64,000 bases of DNA from Schmidtea polychroa (taxonomy: Eukaryota). The number at the start of each line of letters is the position of its first letter. Position 1 is the first letter of the stretch. The stretch spans positions 238,206,001 to 238,270,000 of the forward strand of contig CM097885.1 of assembly GCA_044892525.1 (NCBI GenBank), written 5' to 3'. Made by a program: the position numbers and the translations under genes. Below the pieces are notes generated by a model, which had not been told where the DNA came from, did not search any database, and saw only the letters and a list, made by a program, of their open reading frames with translations. Below are positions 41,399 to 51,710 of this stretch, in pieces.

Positions 41399-42493
41399 TT
41401 ATTGATCGGCGTAGCGAAATCCTTTGATTCGCTGCGCAATCCTCTGTCTACACATCGGACATTCCTTTACTTTTCTACTACACGTGGCACATGCGATCAA
41501 ATGTCCGCATGGCATATGAATAACTTCTACACTCCTCTCCCAACACATAGTACATTTGATATCTCGTAAGATAGCTGCTTTGACCATTGATTCTTCTTTT
41601 ATTTTTGTTTCAGGTTTTTCTCTATACTGAGTTATCGCTCTGATCATATCGTACGTTGTTGTTGGTATATGTACATTTTTCTGTAGTCTCTCTCTAATCA
41701 TGTTCTTTGCCCTTGTCGTGCCTATTCCGACTGCTTTCAACGCTCTGCACATGTTGGGTTTGTCTATCACTTCGTCAACCTCTTCCTCTGTTACTAGCAC
41801 TTCTGGGTATTCGGTTTCTTGTTCGTTGTGGTATAGGCACCATGCTTGATGTCTAATTTCTGGTATGCCTTCTTCTGGTAATTTCTGTTGACTTTCGCAT
41901 CTTTCACACTTTAGTATTTGATTTTCTGTTAGGTAGAACCCTCTTATTGCTAATTCAGGTCCTCTCGTATCATCTCCGAACGTTTTCATTCTATTATCTG
42001 CTATTTGCGTGAGGAATTCCCCTTCACAAGTTGGAACATACTCATCAACGATTCTGGTTATCGCGATGCTCATTTTCCCTCCTTTTTCGTCTTCAGTTTT
42101 CAATTTCTCCAAGGCTTCGTATTTGATTTCCGGTTTGTTGTGTACATCAAATCCCAGTACGAATAGACAAGTTGGAAATCGTCTACGATGTTCCTCTTTT
42201 GGGTGTTCTCCTTTTTTCCATTCTGCTAATTTCCCTTTACAGAAACGACACGTTACTTGATCGGGTATCTCGGGTTTTACGGAGAAGAAAAATCCGTCGC
42301 GTGCTAGCGCTCGGCTCTGTTCCTTGGTGAAAATGGTCTGATGTTCAAATGACCGATATCTCTGCTTCTCACATCTGAATTGTTCATTATCTCCCAGTTT
42401 CAAATTTTCATGTACCAAATTATAATCGTTTCCCATTCTTCGATAATATGCGTAACTACTTGGTTTTGTTTTGCTGACTTCCGCATCCTTCAC
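41399..42493 (-). CDS. Inhibitor-of-apoptosis-like protein (BIR, degenerate BIR, RING)
   Basis: LARDGFFF...DQVTCRFCKGKLAEWKKGEHPKEEHRRRFPTC; second LAIRGFY..LKCERC..H..WC; C-terminal CTMC...PCGHLIACATC...CPMCR. Confidence 0.93.
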   Translation of the reverse strand: MKDAEVSKTKPSSYAYYRRMGNDYNLVHENLKLGDNEQFRCEKQRYRSFEHQTIFTKEQSRALARDGFFFSVKPEIPDQVTCRFCKGKLAEWKKGEHPKEEHRRRFPTCLFVLGFDVHNKPEIKYEALEKLKTEDEKGGKMSIAITRIVDEYVPTCEGEFLTQIADNRMKTFGDDTRGPELAIRGFYLTENQILKCERCESQQKLPEEGIPEIRHQAWCLYHNEQETEYPEVLVTEEEVDEVIDKPNMCRALKAVGIGTTRAKNMIRERLQKNVHIPTTTYDMIRAITQYREKPETKIKEESMVKAAILRDIKCTMCWERSVEVIHMPCGHLIACATCSRKVKECPMCRQRIAQRIKGFRYADQ

Positions 42494-42717
42494 TCTTTCT
42501 CTAGGTCACATATTGTCCTCTTCCTCTCTCATTGTGATCGTTTTCTTTCGGATATTCGGTCTCTCTTGATAAATCATCTATAATAAATTTCATCATTTCT
42601 TTTTACATTTTCTTTTTCTAATTTTTATGGTTTTGGCAAGTTACTTTACTGTATACAATAACTTTATATTTACTTTACATCGTTTTTACAAAATATTTAC
42701 AGTTCCCTTCTATCCGT

Positions 42718-44142
42718 CTATCGTATTTCTATTGTTGGTCCTTCCTCATCTAGTTCGATTAGGAAGAATATAGTATCCTTTTCTATGTAGGACCCTTCAT
42801 TAAATTGGTATAGCTGCATAAACTCTGCTACTCCTACCGCAGGATTAACCTCTGTAATCGGTTTATTCCATGCTGGACTGGATGCTCGACAGCACATTAT
42901 GTGTGTCTTTTTTGATCCTAAGAGAGATATTTTTAATCTATGTCGGAATGGCCATGCTATTAGGTCGTCAAAATCTCCTTTACAAATTTGCATATATATG
43001 GACATGCACCGATCTTTAAACTTTCCTTCACCATTTGGAAATCATCTCAATTTCATCTTGTATCCATGCTTCTTGGCGTAGAATGGTTTGCTCACTATCG
43101 TTGTCTGGATTCCTTGCTTTGCTTGCTCCATTATTTCCGTTATTCCTTGGATTTTCCACATGTATGGTAATATTGGTAGTTCCTCTGTTGTCAGTTCCTT
43201 TGTAGTCCATTTGGTTTGTAGTTTATTTACTTCGACCAATTTGTCGTCTAATTTCAACATTCTTTGTATTACGGCTTCTCTCGTATTTTCGAAGCTTTCC
43301 TGTGAGCTCAGCATTTCTTTTATCATGATTTTATGTGATTTGAGTTCGTCTTTGACGTCTTCGATTGCCCTTGCTGTTAACTCTATTGCTCTCATCATCT
43401 TTTGCATGTGCTCGAATGTATTCTCCTCCACATGCTTCTTCATTTCTTCTGTTGGTAATTGTACTCTACAATCGAATGTCACCATTGGGCATTTTATCGC
43501 TTTTCTCGTGCATATCTCCCAATGTTCATTTAATCTGACGTTGTTAATTTCTCCACACTCGTTTGGGCATCTCCCTGTGTATTCGTCGCAAATCCGTCTT
43601 TCTACTGCGTTCCGATGTTCCATTTCGATCTCTCTCCAATTAGCAGTTTCTCCGCAAAATTCACATTTTTCCGTTCGCGCTTCGCATTCTCCTTTATGTT
43701 TGGTTTTCTCTTTTCGTAAAAAATTTACCGTACATGCTTCGCATTCTAATTCTAAATATTCGCATACGTCGGTATGGGCTCTCAACTCCTTTACTCGACC
43801 TGCCCATTCGCATGACCTTTGGGTGCATCTTATTTTCACTTCTCTGATTTCTCGGTTCATTGCTCTATCCGGTGTCGTGCCAGTGGGGACCAACTTAAAT
43901 GCTTCTCCACATCCTGGACAAGTTTCTCGCTTTAGTCTGGCTAATCTTATATCACACCCTCGGCACAATCTACACCCGCATCGAGTTTGACTTGCTCCAA
44001 TTAATAATCTTCTACATGCTGTATCGGCACATAATAATCTCTCTTCGAACTCGTCCGGCTTGGCTTGGTATTTTCTCATCAGCTCATAGTTAATCTTTTG
44101 TTCCTCTGCTTCTCTCCGGTTCTCTTCTGCTTTGTTTTGCAT
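42718..44142 (-). CDS. Full-architecture TRAF protein (RING, TRAF zinc fingers, coiled coil, MATH) with one in-frame TGA at 43042-43044
   Basis: QTRCGCRLCRGC...CPGC; CEWAGRVKELRAHTDVC; YMWKI..SKPFY..GYKMKLR*FPNGEG..SIYMQICKGDFDDLIAWPF. ORFs 43042-44142 and 42718-43005 are in the same frame, 12 codons apart. Confidence 0.92.
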
Positions 44143-44230
44143 TCTACAATGATAACTTTTAAATCTTGGGATTCTACTTGGTTATACTCTATTTATTTAC
44201 AAGGTTATTTACATTTTACTCCTCTCTCTC

Positions 44231-44686
44231 CTATACATCCACCGTCGAGTCCGGTTCCCCAGTTCCTGGTAGCCCGGTCATCCATTCGACTAGACTGGCA
44301 ATATCATCATGTTGTCGATTTTCACGCAGCCTTCTAATTTCTTCCGCTTGCCATCTGATTTGGCTTATTAACTGATTGTTATTATATTCTAGTTGCGCGA
44401 TTATTTGGTGTTGTTCCTCTATTTTTGTAATATATATTGCATTTCTATTAATACTCTCTATCAACGCCGTTTGGTTTCGTACCCAGTGCTCTTGAGTCTG
44501 ATTTGTCAATTGGGTCATTAATTCACACTGTGCCCTCCACATGGATCCTGTTGGCTGACTCGGCTGGTTTGGCACGTTCATTTCCATCATGTCTACTGGA
44601 TGTACATTCATAAGCGGCTGTTCTCTTACTTCAACAACATGTGGTATCCCATTTGGGCGTTCCGGCTCTTCGTTTCTCTGGTTCAT
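44231..44686 (-). CDS. Small coiled-coil protein of unknown function
   Basis: 151-aa ATG ORF flanked by the element's typical AT-rich spacers. Confidence 0.7.
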   Translation of the reverse strand: MNQRNEEPERPNGIPHVVEVREQPLMNVHPVDMMEMNVPNQPSQPTGSMWRAQCELMTQLTNQTQEHWVRNQTALIESINRNAIYITKIEEQHQIIAQLEYNNNQLISQIRWQAEEIRRLRENRQHDDIASLVEWMTGLPGTGEPDSTVDV

Positions 44687-44834
44687 TCCTATTTATAATA
44701 CATGGTCATCATACTTGTTTTTGATTTTTCTACATATTGTTTTAATTTACTACTTTTATTTTGTACATGTTACTACTATTATCACTACTTTTATCATTTC
44801 ATTTATACATTATTTACAACAGCTCCTCCTCTTG

Positions 44835-47800
44835 TTATACCAGTGTCGCCATGGGGCCGGAATGCAACGTGCGCATCCCCCCATATCTTTCGTCCGTTAG
44901 TCGGTATATATCGACTTCGTGTGTCCATTCGTTGGGTGTGGGTATTCTTGGTAGTTCCGACATCCACAATCCACTGGATCCGGGGTCCTCTACCACCTCG
45001 TATTCTTCTAGATTCAGATTCTCGGTTGGAATACCGTATTCAAATTTTTCCACATTGGGCCATTTTCTTCGGTTTCTCGGTTTTTGTTTACATCTTTTGG
45101 TGGTTCTTATCCATTGAATCATTACTAACGCTATTATCGTACTTACTATCGCGCTAGTTATCCATATCATCTTTGTAATTATCGTTGTTCCATTGTTTGT
45201 TTTTTCTGTCGTTAATATTGTACTACCTGTGGTATTCGTTTCTGGTGCTTTGATTTTCTTGAATGCTTGATGTAATCGTTCCTTCTCCTTCTCTGTTAGG
45301 TGACTGTGATTTTCCCGTTTCTCTCCCCCTTCTTGATCTCGGGGTATCCACGGTATGTTTATTAATTGGGGTTTTTGTCGAGTTATTGATTGACATACGC
45401 TGGTTCCTCTTCCTTTCTTAAGGATACATACTTGGTATCGTTCTTTCCGTTTCCCTGTCTCCATTTTAACGTCTGTACCTTTGTCTATCGGTGTTGTTGT
45501 ACAGTCGATTATTCCCGTCTTATCCATTACACATATCCTTATGATTGGTTCTCCTTCTTGGTTTTTGACTGTAATTACCTCTTCACCTTTCTTGTTGAGG
45601 TTAATAGTTATCTGCACTTCCCGTCTTTCGTCTTTAATTACTTCGTTAATCCATGTTGTTGTTGTTATTAATTCGCTTCGATTTAGCTCTGTTGTTGTTT
45701 TTGTACTAACTGATTTCTTGGGCTTCTTGGTTGTTTTCTCCGTCAATGGACCTTGTTTAATTGCCATACTCCTTGGTTTGTCTTTTCTTGGTGCAGTTCT
45801 TGTTCCTTTACACACTACTATCCCTTGTGTTCCTGCGCATACCACAGTAGGGGTATTTGGTTTGACCTCTCCCCAGAAGAATTTGTGATCCTGTGTCATA
45901 TCAGTTACTATGCATATATCTCTGTCTTCTCTGATGCATACATGTGTAATTGATCGACTCCCTTTATCCTCTATTTCGATACCTTCTTCCAGAATGTTAA
46001 GTTGGAAATGTACTCCGGTTTCATTGGCTCTTTCTAGTTCCATTTCCTCTGTTGTTATGTCCCTACAGATGTCATAATCTCCGCATAGCCTGGGGTCTCT
46101 TTTTTGGCTACCAAAGATCTTTCCTTTTGTTATCGATCTGAAATCACAACTTACTCCTGTTCCTTCCATTAGTTGCACACATATTCCGACGGCGTTACCG
46201 TCGTAATCACTGACTTTTATCATAAATACTTCGCCTTCTTGGAAAGCTTCTCTTACGATTCTCATATTTTTTGTTTCCGTTAAGCAGATAGATGTTAATA
46301 TTATAAATATTCTTTGTAGTAGGATTGGCTGGATTTGATTTCGGAACACTATGCTATGTAGTGGGGACTTTCGTTTTTTGTTTTCTGTTTTGTCGAATCC
46401 TTGATCTTCACCTCGACATTGGTCATCTTCGTCTTCTTCCAACTCCTCATCATCATCCGTTGTTTCTCCACCTTCTGGATTCTGTTCTTTGTCATTTCCC
46501 TCTGGGTTTTTGTCGTTATTCCCCATCTTTTTGTCGTCATCATCATCGTCATTCCTCTCACCCGGGGTTTTCCCGAAAATGTCGTCCTCGACATTTGCTG
46601 CTTTGATCATCTCCTCGTATTTTTTAATTATCTCTTTTTTGTCGTTGTGGATACTTTCTCGTTCTTCTTTGGTTCCTTGATATTTCCGTTGTTTCCGGTG
46701 CCATTCCCACACTAGTATTTCTAGTTGCTTTTTCATCGCATGTGTTTTTGTGCCTTCCCACCAATTACCTGTCAATTCTGTTCTATTTCTCTGTAATATT
46801 GCTTTAATGGTTTTTGGCATTGGCGGTCTTGAGTATATGGCGCTTCTTAGTACGATGTTTTCGTTGTTTTGGAATTGATTTATGTCAATTACTTCCGCTC
46901 TTAATTCGTTTTGTTTCCATTTGATTAACATTGCTGCTGTTCTGTCTAAGTTTCCTCTGATGGCTTCCAGAATTGGTTCAATGCTCTGTCCCAGCACCTC
47001 GGCTTCTTCGGTTGTTGCATTTCCCGTGATAAAGCTTAGTATGCTAGGTCTTTTTGACTTGACGGCGTAACGTAAAATGGTTCGTTGTTTATTGTCTTTT
47101 TCTTTCAACGTAGATCCCGTTCTCAATAATTCTCTGAGTACTTCTCTTGACGCGCCTATTGCTATGGCTTTCATCAGTGGAGTTTTCCCTTTACTATTTT
47201 TAACGTTTGTCGATTGTTTGCAATTTTCCATTATTCGTATAATCTCTAATGCTCGTTTTTCCTGTCCTGCTTTGACTGCATGATGGATTGGCCAGTTATT
47301 ACTCAAATCGCTTGTGAGGAACATGATTGGTAATCTCCGGATTAGTTCATATATTTGGACTGGTACTTGTAATCCCTCAGCATACCTTCGTCCTTTTGCA
47401 TATCTTTCTGCTACTATCATTAATTTGCCTAATACTTGGTATTTATTGGTTATATCGGCCCATTCTGGTACAATTTCTCGTGCTATCTTTACTGTCATAT
47501 TCCATGTTGCTTGACTCCTTGCCATTGCGTCGGCTTCGCTTTCCGCTTCGGTTCCTTTATTGGCGCTGCTGCTTGTTTCTCCCCTCAACATGAATATCCG
47601 TCTTGTCTGTGATCTAGTTAATCTACCGCTTACTTCTGGTTCTGGTGTGGCGTTTGTTTGCGATCTCGTGGTTATCTTCCTTGTTTCTGGATCTTTAGTG
47701 GCAGTTTTCGCTACTGCTTTACATCGGCATGTATTCACATAAATGGGTCTAATTAATGGATTGTTAACCAACTTTACTCGAGCGTTGTTCTCGTTTACAT

Positions 47801-50800
47801 AGATGATTTCATACGGTCCTCTGCCATTACGTTGTAATTTCTTTGCTGTTCCTGGGATTAATTCGGGTGTTTCTATGATAACCCAATCTCCAACTTTAAA
47901 TTGATGGTTTTGCACGTTCTTCTTTTTATCATGTAATTCTTTATAACTTTCTTGGTTGAATCGGATGTTCATCCCTGCGGTTTTCCATATTTCTTGCATT
48001 CTCTCTTTGAACTTGGTCACATAATCATCTATCTCCATATATTGTGAGATTGGCGGTTGGTATTCGAGATCCATCGGCATGTTGCATTCCCTTCCGTACA
48101 TGAGTTTAAACGGACTCATTTTCGTCGCTGAGTGTATTGACATTCGATAAGCCATTAGACACAACTTAATATATTCATCCCAATCCTTTTGATGTTTACT
48201 GACATAATTTGACATCATGTCTATTAGTATGCCATTAAATCTTTCTGTCTGACCATTCGTTTGTGGGTGGTACGGCGAGGTTCTCAATTTGGCAATCCTA
48301 AAATAATTTGTCACTTCATTTATTATCTCGCTCATGAAATTAGTTCCTTGGTCAGTTAAGATTTGTTTTGGTGTCCCATACCTGCAGCAGATCTCTTCCA
48401 CCAATATCCTTGCAACCGTTCGTGCTTTTTGATCCGGCATCGCAAATGCTTCCGGGAACTTTGTTAGATAATCAGTTATCACCAATATATACACATTTCC
48501 GCTGTTGGTTTCTGGTAGTGGTCCAACCACGTCCATTGCAATCATTGTCATTGGTTCTGGCGGTATCGGCATTGGTTTCAAGGGCGGTTTTAATTTGCTG
48601 CCCGTTGTTCTCCTAGTCGCGCATATCAAACAGTTCTTTATCCATTCTTTCACGTCATCGCTCATATTTGGCCAGTAATATTTCTGTTTAAGCCTGGCTT
48701 CTGTTTTCTTGGCTGACATATGTCCGCCTAATTTACCGTCATGGTATTGAATCATAATTTCTTTCCGCCTGCTTTCTGGTAAGCACATCAATCGTTTGTC
48801 GCCATCCATTACCAATAGCCATCCTTTCTCGATCGTATATCTGTGACGATTTTTCTCCATGTGTTCTTTTAGTCGATCATCGTTGTTGAATATTTTCATA
48901 TCGTTTTTATCCAGGAACTCAATTATTAGTTTTAATTCATTGTCTTCCTTTTGTTCGTTCTTTAGATTGGTAAAATCGATATCTTCCGCGATTATCAGGC
49001 ATATTCGTCTGACGTCATGATCCATGAGTTCCTCAAATACAAATCTCGACATGCAGTCTGCATTTGCGTTTGCTTTTCCTGACTTGAATTTGATGTATGG
49101 GGAATATTCTTGTAACTGCATTGCCCATCTCATTAATCGACTAGATGCTTCTTTGTGTTGGCCCAACCAAACTAGAGGTTGATGGTCTGTAGTAATAATT
49201 ACCTCGTGTCCCCACAATAAATATTTGAAATGTTTTATCGCCTGAATTATTGCTAAGGCTTCTCTTTCTGTGACTGAGTAATTCTTTTCGTGCTTTTTGA
49301 ACGTCTTGCTATAATATCCGATGACTCTTTCTCGTTTCTCCTCATCCCATTGTCCTAGCACAGCTCCTGATGCATATCCACTGGCATCGGTTGCTAGTAG
49401 AAAAGGCTTTTTAAAATCTGGGTGTATTAGAATAGGTGAGGCTATTAGTTTATCTCTTAGCGATTCGAATGCTATTTGCTGTTCTCTTTCCCACAGAAAT
49501 GGGGTGTCTTTTTTCGTTAGTTCCTGAATTGGTTTTGCTATAGTTGCGTAATTTTTGATGAACTTGCGGTAGTATCCGCATAATCCCAGAAATTCTTGTA
49601 CCTGAGTCACAGTCTTTGGTATCGGGCAATTTTTTATCTTTTCAACGTTTCTCGGATCTGGTTCCTTTCCTTTTGCCGACACAATATGTCCTAAAAACGT
49701 GACTCTCTCCTTTGCCCAATCGCATTTTGACGGTTTCAATTTCAGCTTCCATTGTTTCAGTCTTATGAAGACGTTTCTGATATCGATTAAGTGTTGCTCG
49801 AAAGTACCTGAATATATTAACAGATCATCAATATACACCATACATTGTTTGATCCCGTGTGTCACAAAGTTCATACATCTTTGAAACGAAGCAGGTGCAT
49901 TTGTTAATCCGAATGGCATCTTTTTAAACTGATATAAATCTTTTCCGATGGTAAAGGCTGTCTTTTCTCTGTCTTCCTCTTTAACTTTAATTTGCCAGTA
50001 TCCGCTCTTTAGATCTAAAGATGTAAAGTATGCTGCTCCATGTAACATCTGTAACATTTCGTTAATATCTGGCAGTGGGTATGTATCCCTTTTTGTTACT
50101 GCATTCAACCTCCGATAATCGATACAAAATCTCTGTGTGCCATCTTTCTTTTTGACCATTACCACTGGAAATTGCCATGGTGAACAGCTAGGTTCTATCA
50201 CTCCGGCATCTAACATCTTTTGTACTTCCTCCTCTGCTACCGTTTTCTGTGCTTCGGCTAATCGATATGGTCTCAAAGTTATGGGTGTCTCATCCGTTAA
50301 TGGTATAATGTGTTGCGTTACATCGCTGGTACCCAAATCCAAATCTGAAGCCGCAAAAATATCTTTAAACTCAATCAGTAGTTGTCTGAGTTGTTCCTTT
50401 TCGTCTTCATTTAGGAGTTCGCTATCGATGGTCCACAATTCTTTTTCGTCTGCTCCTTCGCTTTTTATCTCCGGCAGTTCGATGTTCATCATTGGTGTGA
50501 GTTTCCCAAGTCTCTCGTTTTCGTAGATTACTTTATCTTCTTCGTCAAAATTGGTGATGTTGATGGGTATCTCATTATCCTCATTTATACTGACGATCTC
50601 TCTTGCTAATGGTAGCTCTCTTCTCTTCTCAAATTTTTGACTTGGTTCGAATATCATATCTCCTTTGGCTTCATTGTCAACCTTGACATAACATATTGTC
50701 TGGGTGCGTGCTGGTATTATCATTTTTTCGGAGCATCTCACTTCTGTTCTCATTGTGCATATCTGTCCCGTTTTATCTTTTAATTTCATGGAGCTCAAAT

Positions 50801-51653
50801 CAATCACAATTTCTTTCAGCAATTCTGGCATTACATCTGTTCCGATTATGCATGATACGCTTAACTGTCTGATGACTGCGAGGTACGTTGTAACTTTAAC
50901 CCCTTTATATTCAATCGTTGACCATACTCTTCCTACCACCGCTATGGATTGTTTGCTACATGTTATTACATCCATGGTTGTCTCTTCAATGCATGGCCAT
51001 AGTCTGCCTGGTAGCATATTCATATTTATTGCCGAAATATTTGCTCCGGTATCGATCATTGCATCCATTTCTATTCCGTTTACTTCGACCGTGATGGTTA
51101 ATGATGGTCCGGCTGGTGTCTGCAATACCGCAATCGTTCGTGTCTCCACTTCTTGTTCTACACTTTTAGCCTGTTTGATCATCGTTGGATCCATTGCTGC
51201 CCAATTTGGTTCATAAGCTGTTGGATAAATGTTCGGTATGGGTAATCTTCCGGTTCCCATTCTTATCCGTTCTCTCATTGTTCCTGGTCGTCGCATTGGT
51301 CCATTAGTTGGTGCTTGTAAATATGGGGCCTGTGAATACGGTGATCCCCATGGTTTCATTTTTTCGTTTTCCCAAGTGGCTGTATTTTTATTTATCAACA
51401 TTGCTCCTCCTTGGTTATTATCATCGTCGTCGAAATCATCATTGTCGTTGTCACTATCATCGTCTCGTCTGAGGTTCATCCACTTTTTCCACTTCCCGGT
51501 TCTTTTTGCTTTCTCTTGAGTTCTTTCTGCTTCTAATCTCATTATCACTTTGAACTTATGTCCGACTTCTTCGTCTGTCCCTTTCATTTGCGTTAGTATT
51601 TTCAACAATCTTTTTATTCGGTGAATATCCTTTGAGTGTCCATGCAACACCAT
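44835..51653 (-). CDS. pol: Pol segment: aspartic protease, RT, RNase H, integrase, then ankyrin repeats, an acidic linker and a second signal/ectodomain/TM module
   Basis: AMIDTGA (~51050); RFCIDYRRLN, LDLKSGYWQ, MPFGLTNAP, VYIDD (~49830); TDAS, TDHQPL; HHCC plus MDVVGP / TDQG / YHPQTNGQTERFN; ankyrins WPIHHAV, NSKGKTPLMKA, DNKQRTILRYAV (~46850-47300); TM at ~45110-45170. Confidence 0.97.
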   Translation of the reverse strand: MVLHGHSKDIHRIKRLLKILTQMKGTDEEVGHKFKVIMRLEAERTQEKAKRTGKWKKWMNLRRDDDSDNDNDDFDDDDNNQGGAMLINKNTATWENEKMKPWGSPYSQAPYLQAPTNGPMRRPGTMRERIRMGTGRLPIPNIYPTAYEPNWAAMDPTMIKQAKSVEQEVETRTIAVLQTPAGPSLTITVEVNGIEMDAMIDTGANISAINMNMLPGRLWPCIEETTMDVITCSKQSIAVVGRVWSTIEYKGVKVTTYLAVIRQLSVSCIIGTDVMPELLKEIVIDLSSMKLKDKTGQICTMRTEVRCSEKMIIPARTQTICYVKVDNEAKGDMIFEPSQKFEKRRELPLAREIVSINEDNEIPINITNFDEEDKVIYENERLGKLTPMMNIELPEIKSEGADEKELWTIDSELLNEDEKEQLRQLLIEFKDIFAASDLDLGTSDVTQHIIPLTDETPITLRPYRLAEAQKTVAEEEVQKMLDAGVIEPSCSPWQFPVVMVKKKDGTQRFCIDYRRLNAVTKRDTYPLPDINEMLQMLHGAAYFTSLDLKSGYWQIKVKEEDREKTAFTIGKDLYQFKKMPFGLTNAPASFQRCMNFVTHGIKQCMVYIDDLLIYSGTFEQHLIDIRNVFIRLKQWKLKLKPSKCDWAKERVTFLGHIVSAKGKEPDPRNVEKIKNCPIPKTVTQVQEFLGLCGYYRKFIKNYATIAKPIQELTKKDTPFLWEREQQIAFESLRDKLIASPILIHPDFKKPFLLATDASGYASGAVLGQWDEEKRERVIGYYSKTFKKHEKNYSVTEREALAIIQAIKHFKYLLWGHEVIITTDHQPLVWLGQHKEASSRLMRWAMQLQEYSPYIKFKSGKANANADCMSRFVFEELMDHDVRRICLIIAEDIDFTNLKNEQKEDNELKLIIEFLDKNDMKIFNNDDRLKEHMEKNRHRYTIEKGWLLVMDGDKRLMCLPESRRKEIMIQYHDGKLGGHMSAKKTEARLKQKYYWPNMSDDVKEWIKNCLICATRRTTGSKLKPPLKPMPIPPEPMTMIAMDVVGPLPETNSGNVYILVITDYLTKFPEAFAMPDQKARTVARILVEEICCRYGTPKQILTDQGTNFMSEIINEVTNYFRIAKLRTSPYHPQTNGQTERFNGILIDMMSNYVSKHQKDWDEYIKLCLMAYRMSIHSATKMSPFKLMYGRECNMPMDLEYQPPISQYMEIDDYVTKFKERMQEIWKTAGMNIRFNQESYKELHDKKKNVQNHQFKVGDWVIIETPELIPGTAKKLQRNGRGPYEIIYVNENNARVKLVNNPLIRPIYVNTCRCKAVAKTATKDPETRKITTRSQTNATPEPEVSGRLTRSQTRRIFMLRGETSSSANKGTEAESEADAMARSQATWNMTVKIAREIVPEWADITNKYQVLGKLMIVAERYAKGRRYAEGLQVPVQIYELIRRLPIMFLTSDLSNNWPIHHAVKAGQEKRALEIIRIMENCKQSTNVKNSKGKTPLMKAIAIGASREVLRELLRTGSTLKEKDNKQRTILRYAVKSKRPSILSFITGNATTEEAEVLGQSIEPILEAIRGNLDRTAAMLIKWKQNELRAEVIDINQFQNNENIVLRSAIYSRPPMPKTIKAILQRNRTELTGNWWEGTKTHAMKKQLEILVWEWHRKQRKYQGTKEERESIHNDKKEIIKKYEEMIKAANVEDDIFGKTPGERNDDDDDDKKMGNNDKNPEGNDKEQNPEGGETTDDDEELEEDEDDQCRGEDQGFDKTENKKRKSPLHSIVFRNQIQPILLQRIFIILTSICLTETKNMRIVREAFQEGEVFMIKVSDYDGNAVGICVQLMEGTGVSCDFRSITKGKIFGSQKRDPRLCGDYDICRDITTEEMELERANETGVHFQLNILEEGIEIEDKGSRSITHVCIREDRDICIVTDMTQDHKFFWGEVKPNTPTVVCAGTQGIVVCKGTRTAPRKDKPRSMAIKQGPLTEKTTKKPKKSVSTKTTTELNRSELITTTTWINEVIKDERREVQITINLNKKGEEVITVKNQEGEPIIRICVMDKTGIIDCTTTPIDKGTDVKMETGKRKERYQVCILKKGRGTSVCQSITRQKPQLINIPWIPRDQEGGEKRENHSHLTEKEKERLHQAFKKIKAPETNTTGSTILTTEKTNNGTTIITKMIWITSAIVSTIIALVMIQWIRTTKRCKQKPRNRRKWPNVEKFEYGIPTENLNLEEYEVVEDPGSSGLWMSELPRIPTPNEWTHEVDIYRLTDERYGGMRTLHSGPMATLV

Positions 51654-51710
51654 TGTTTTCGCTAAGAACGGTAAGAATCCAATTGCAAGTTTCCAATTTA
51701 CTTTTCTCTC

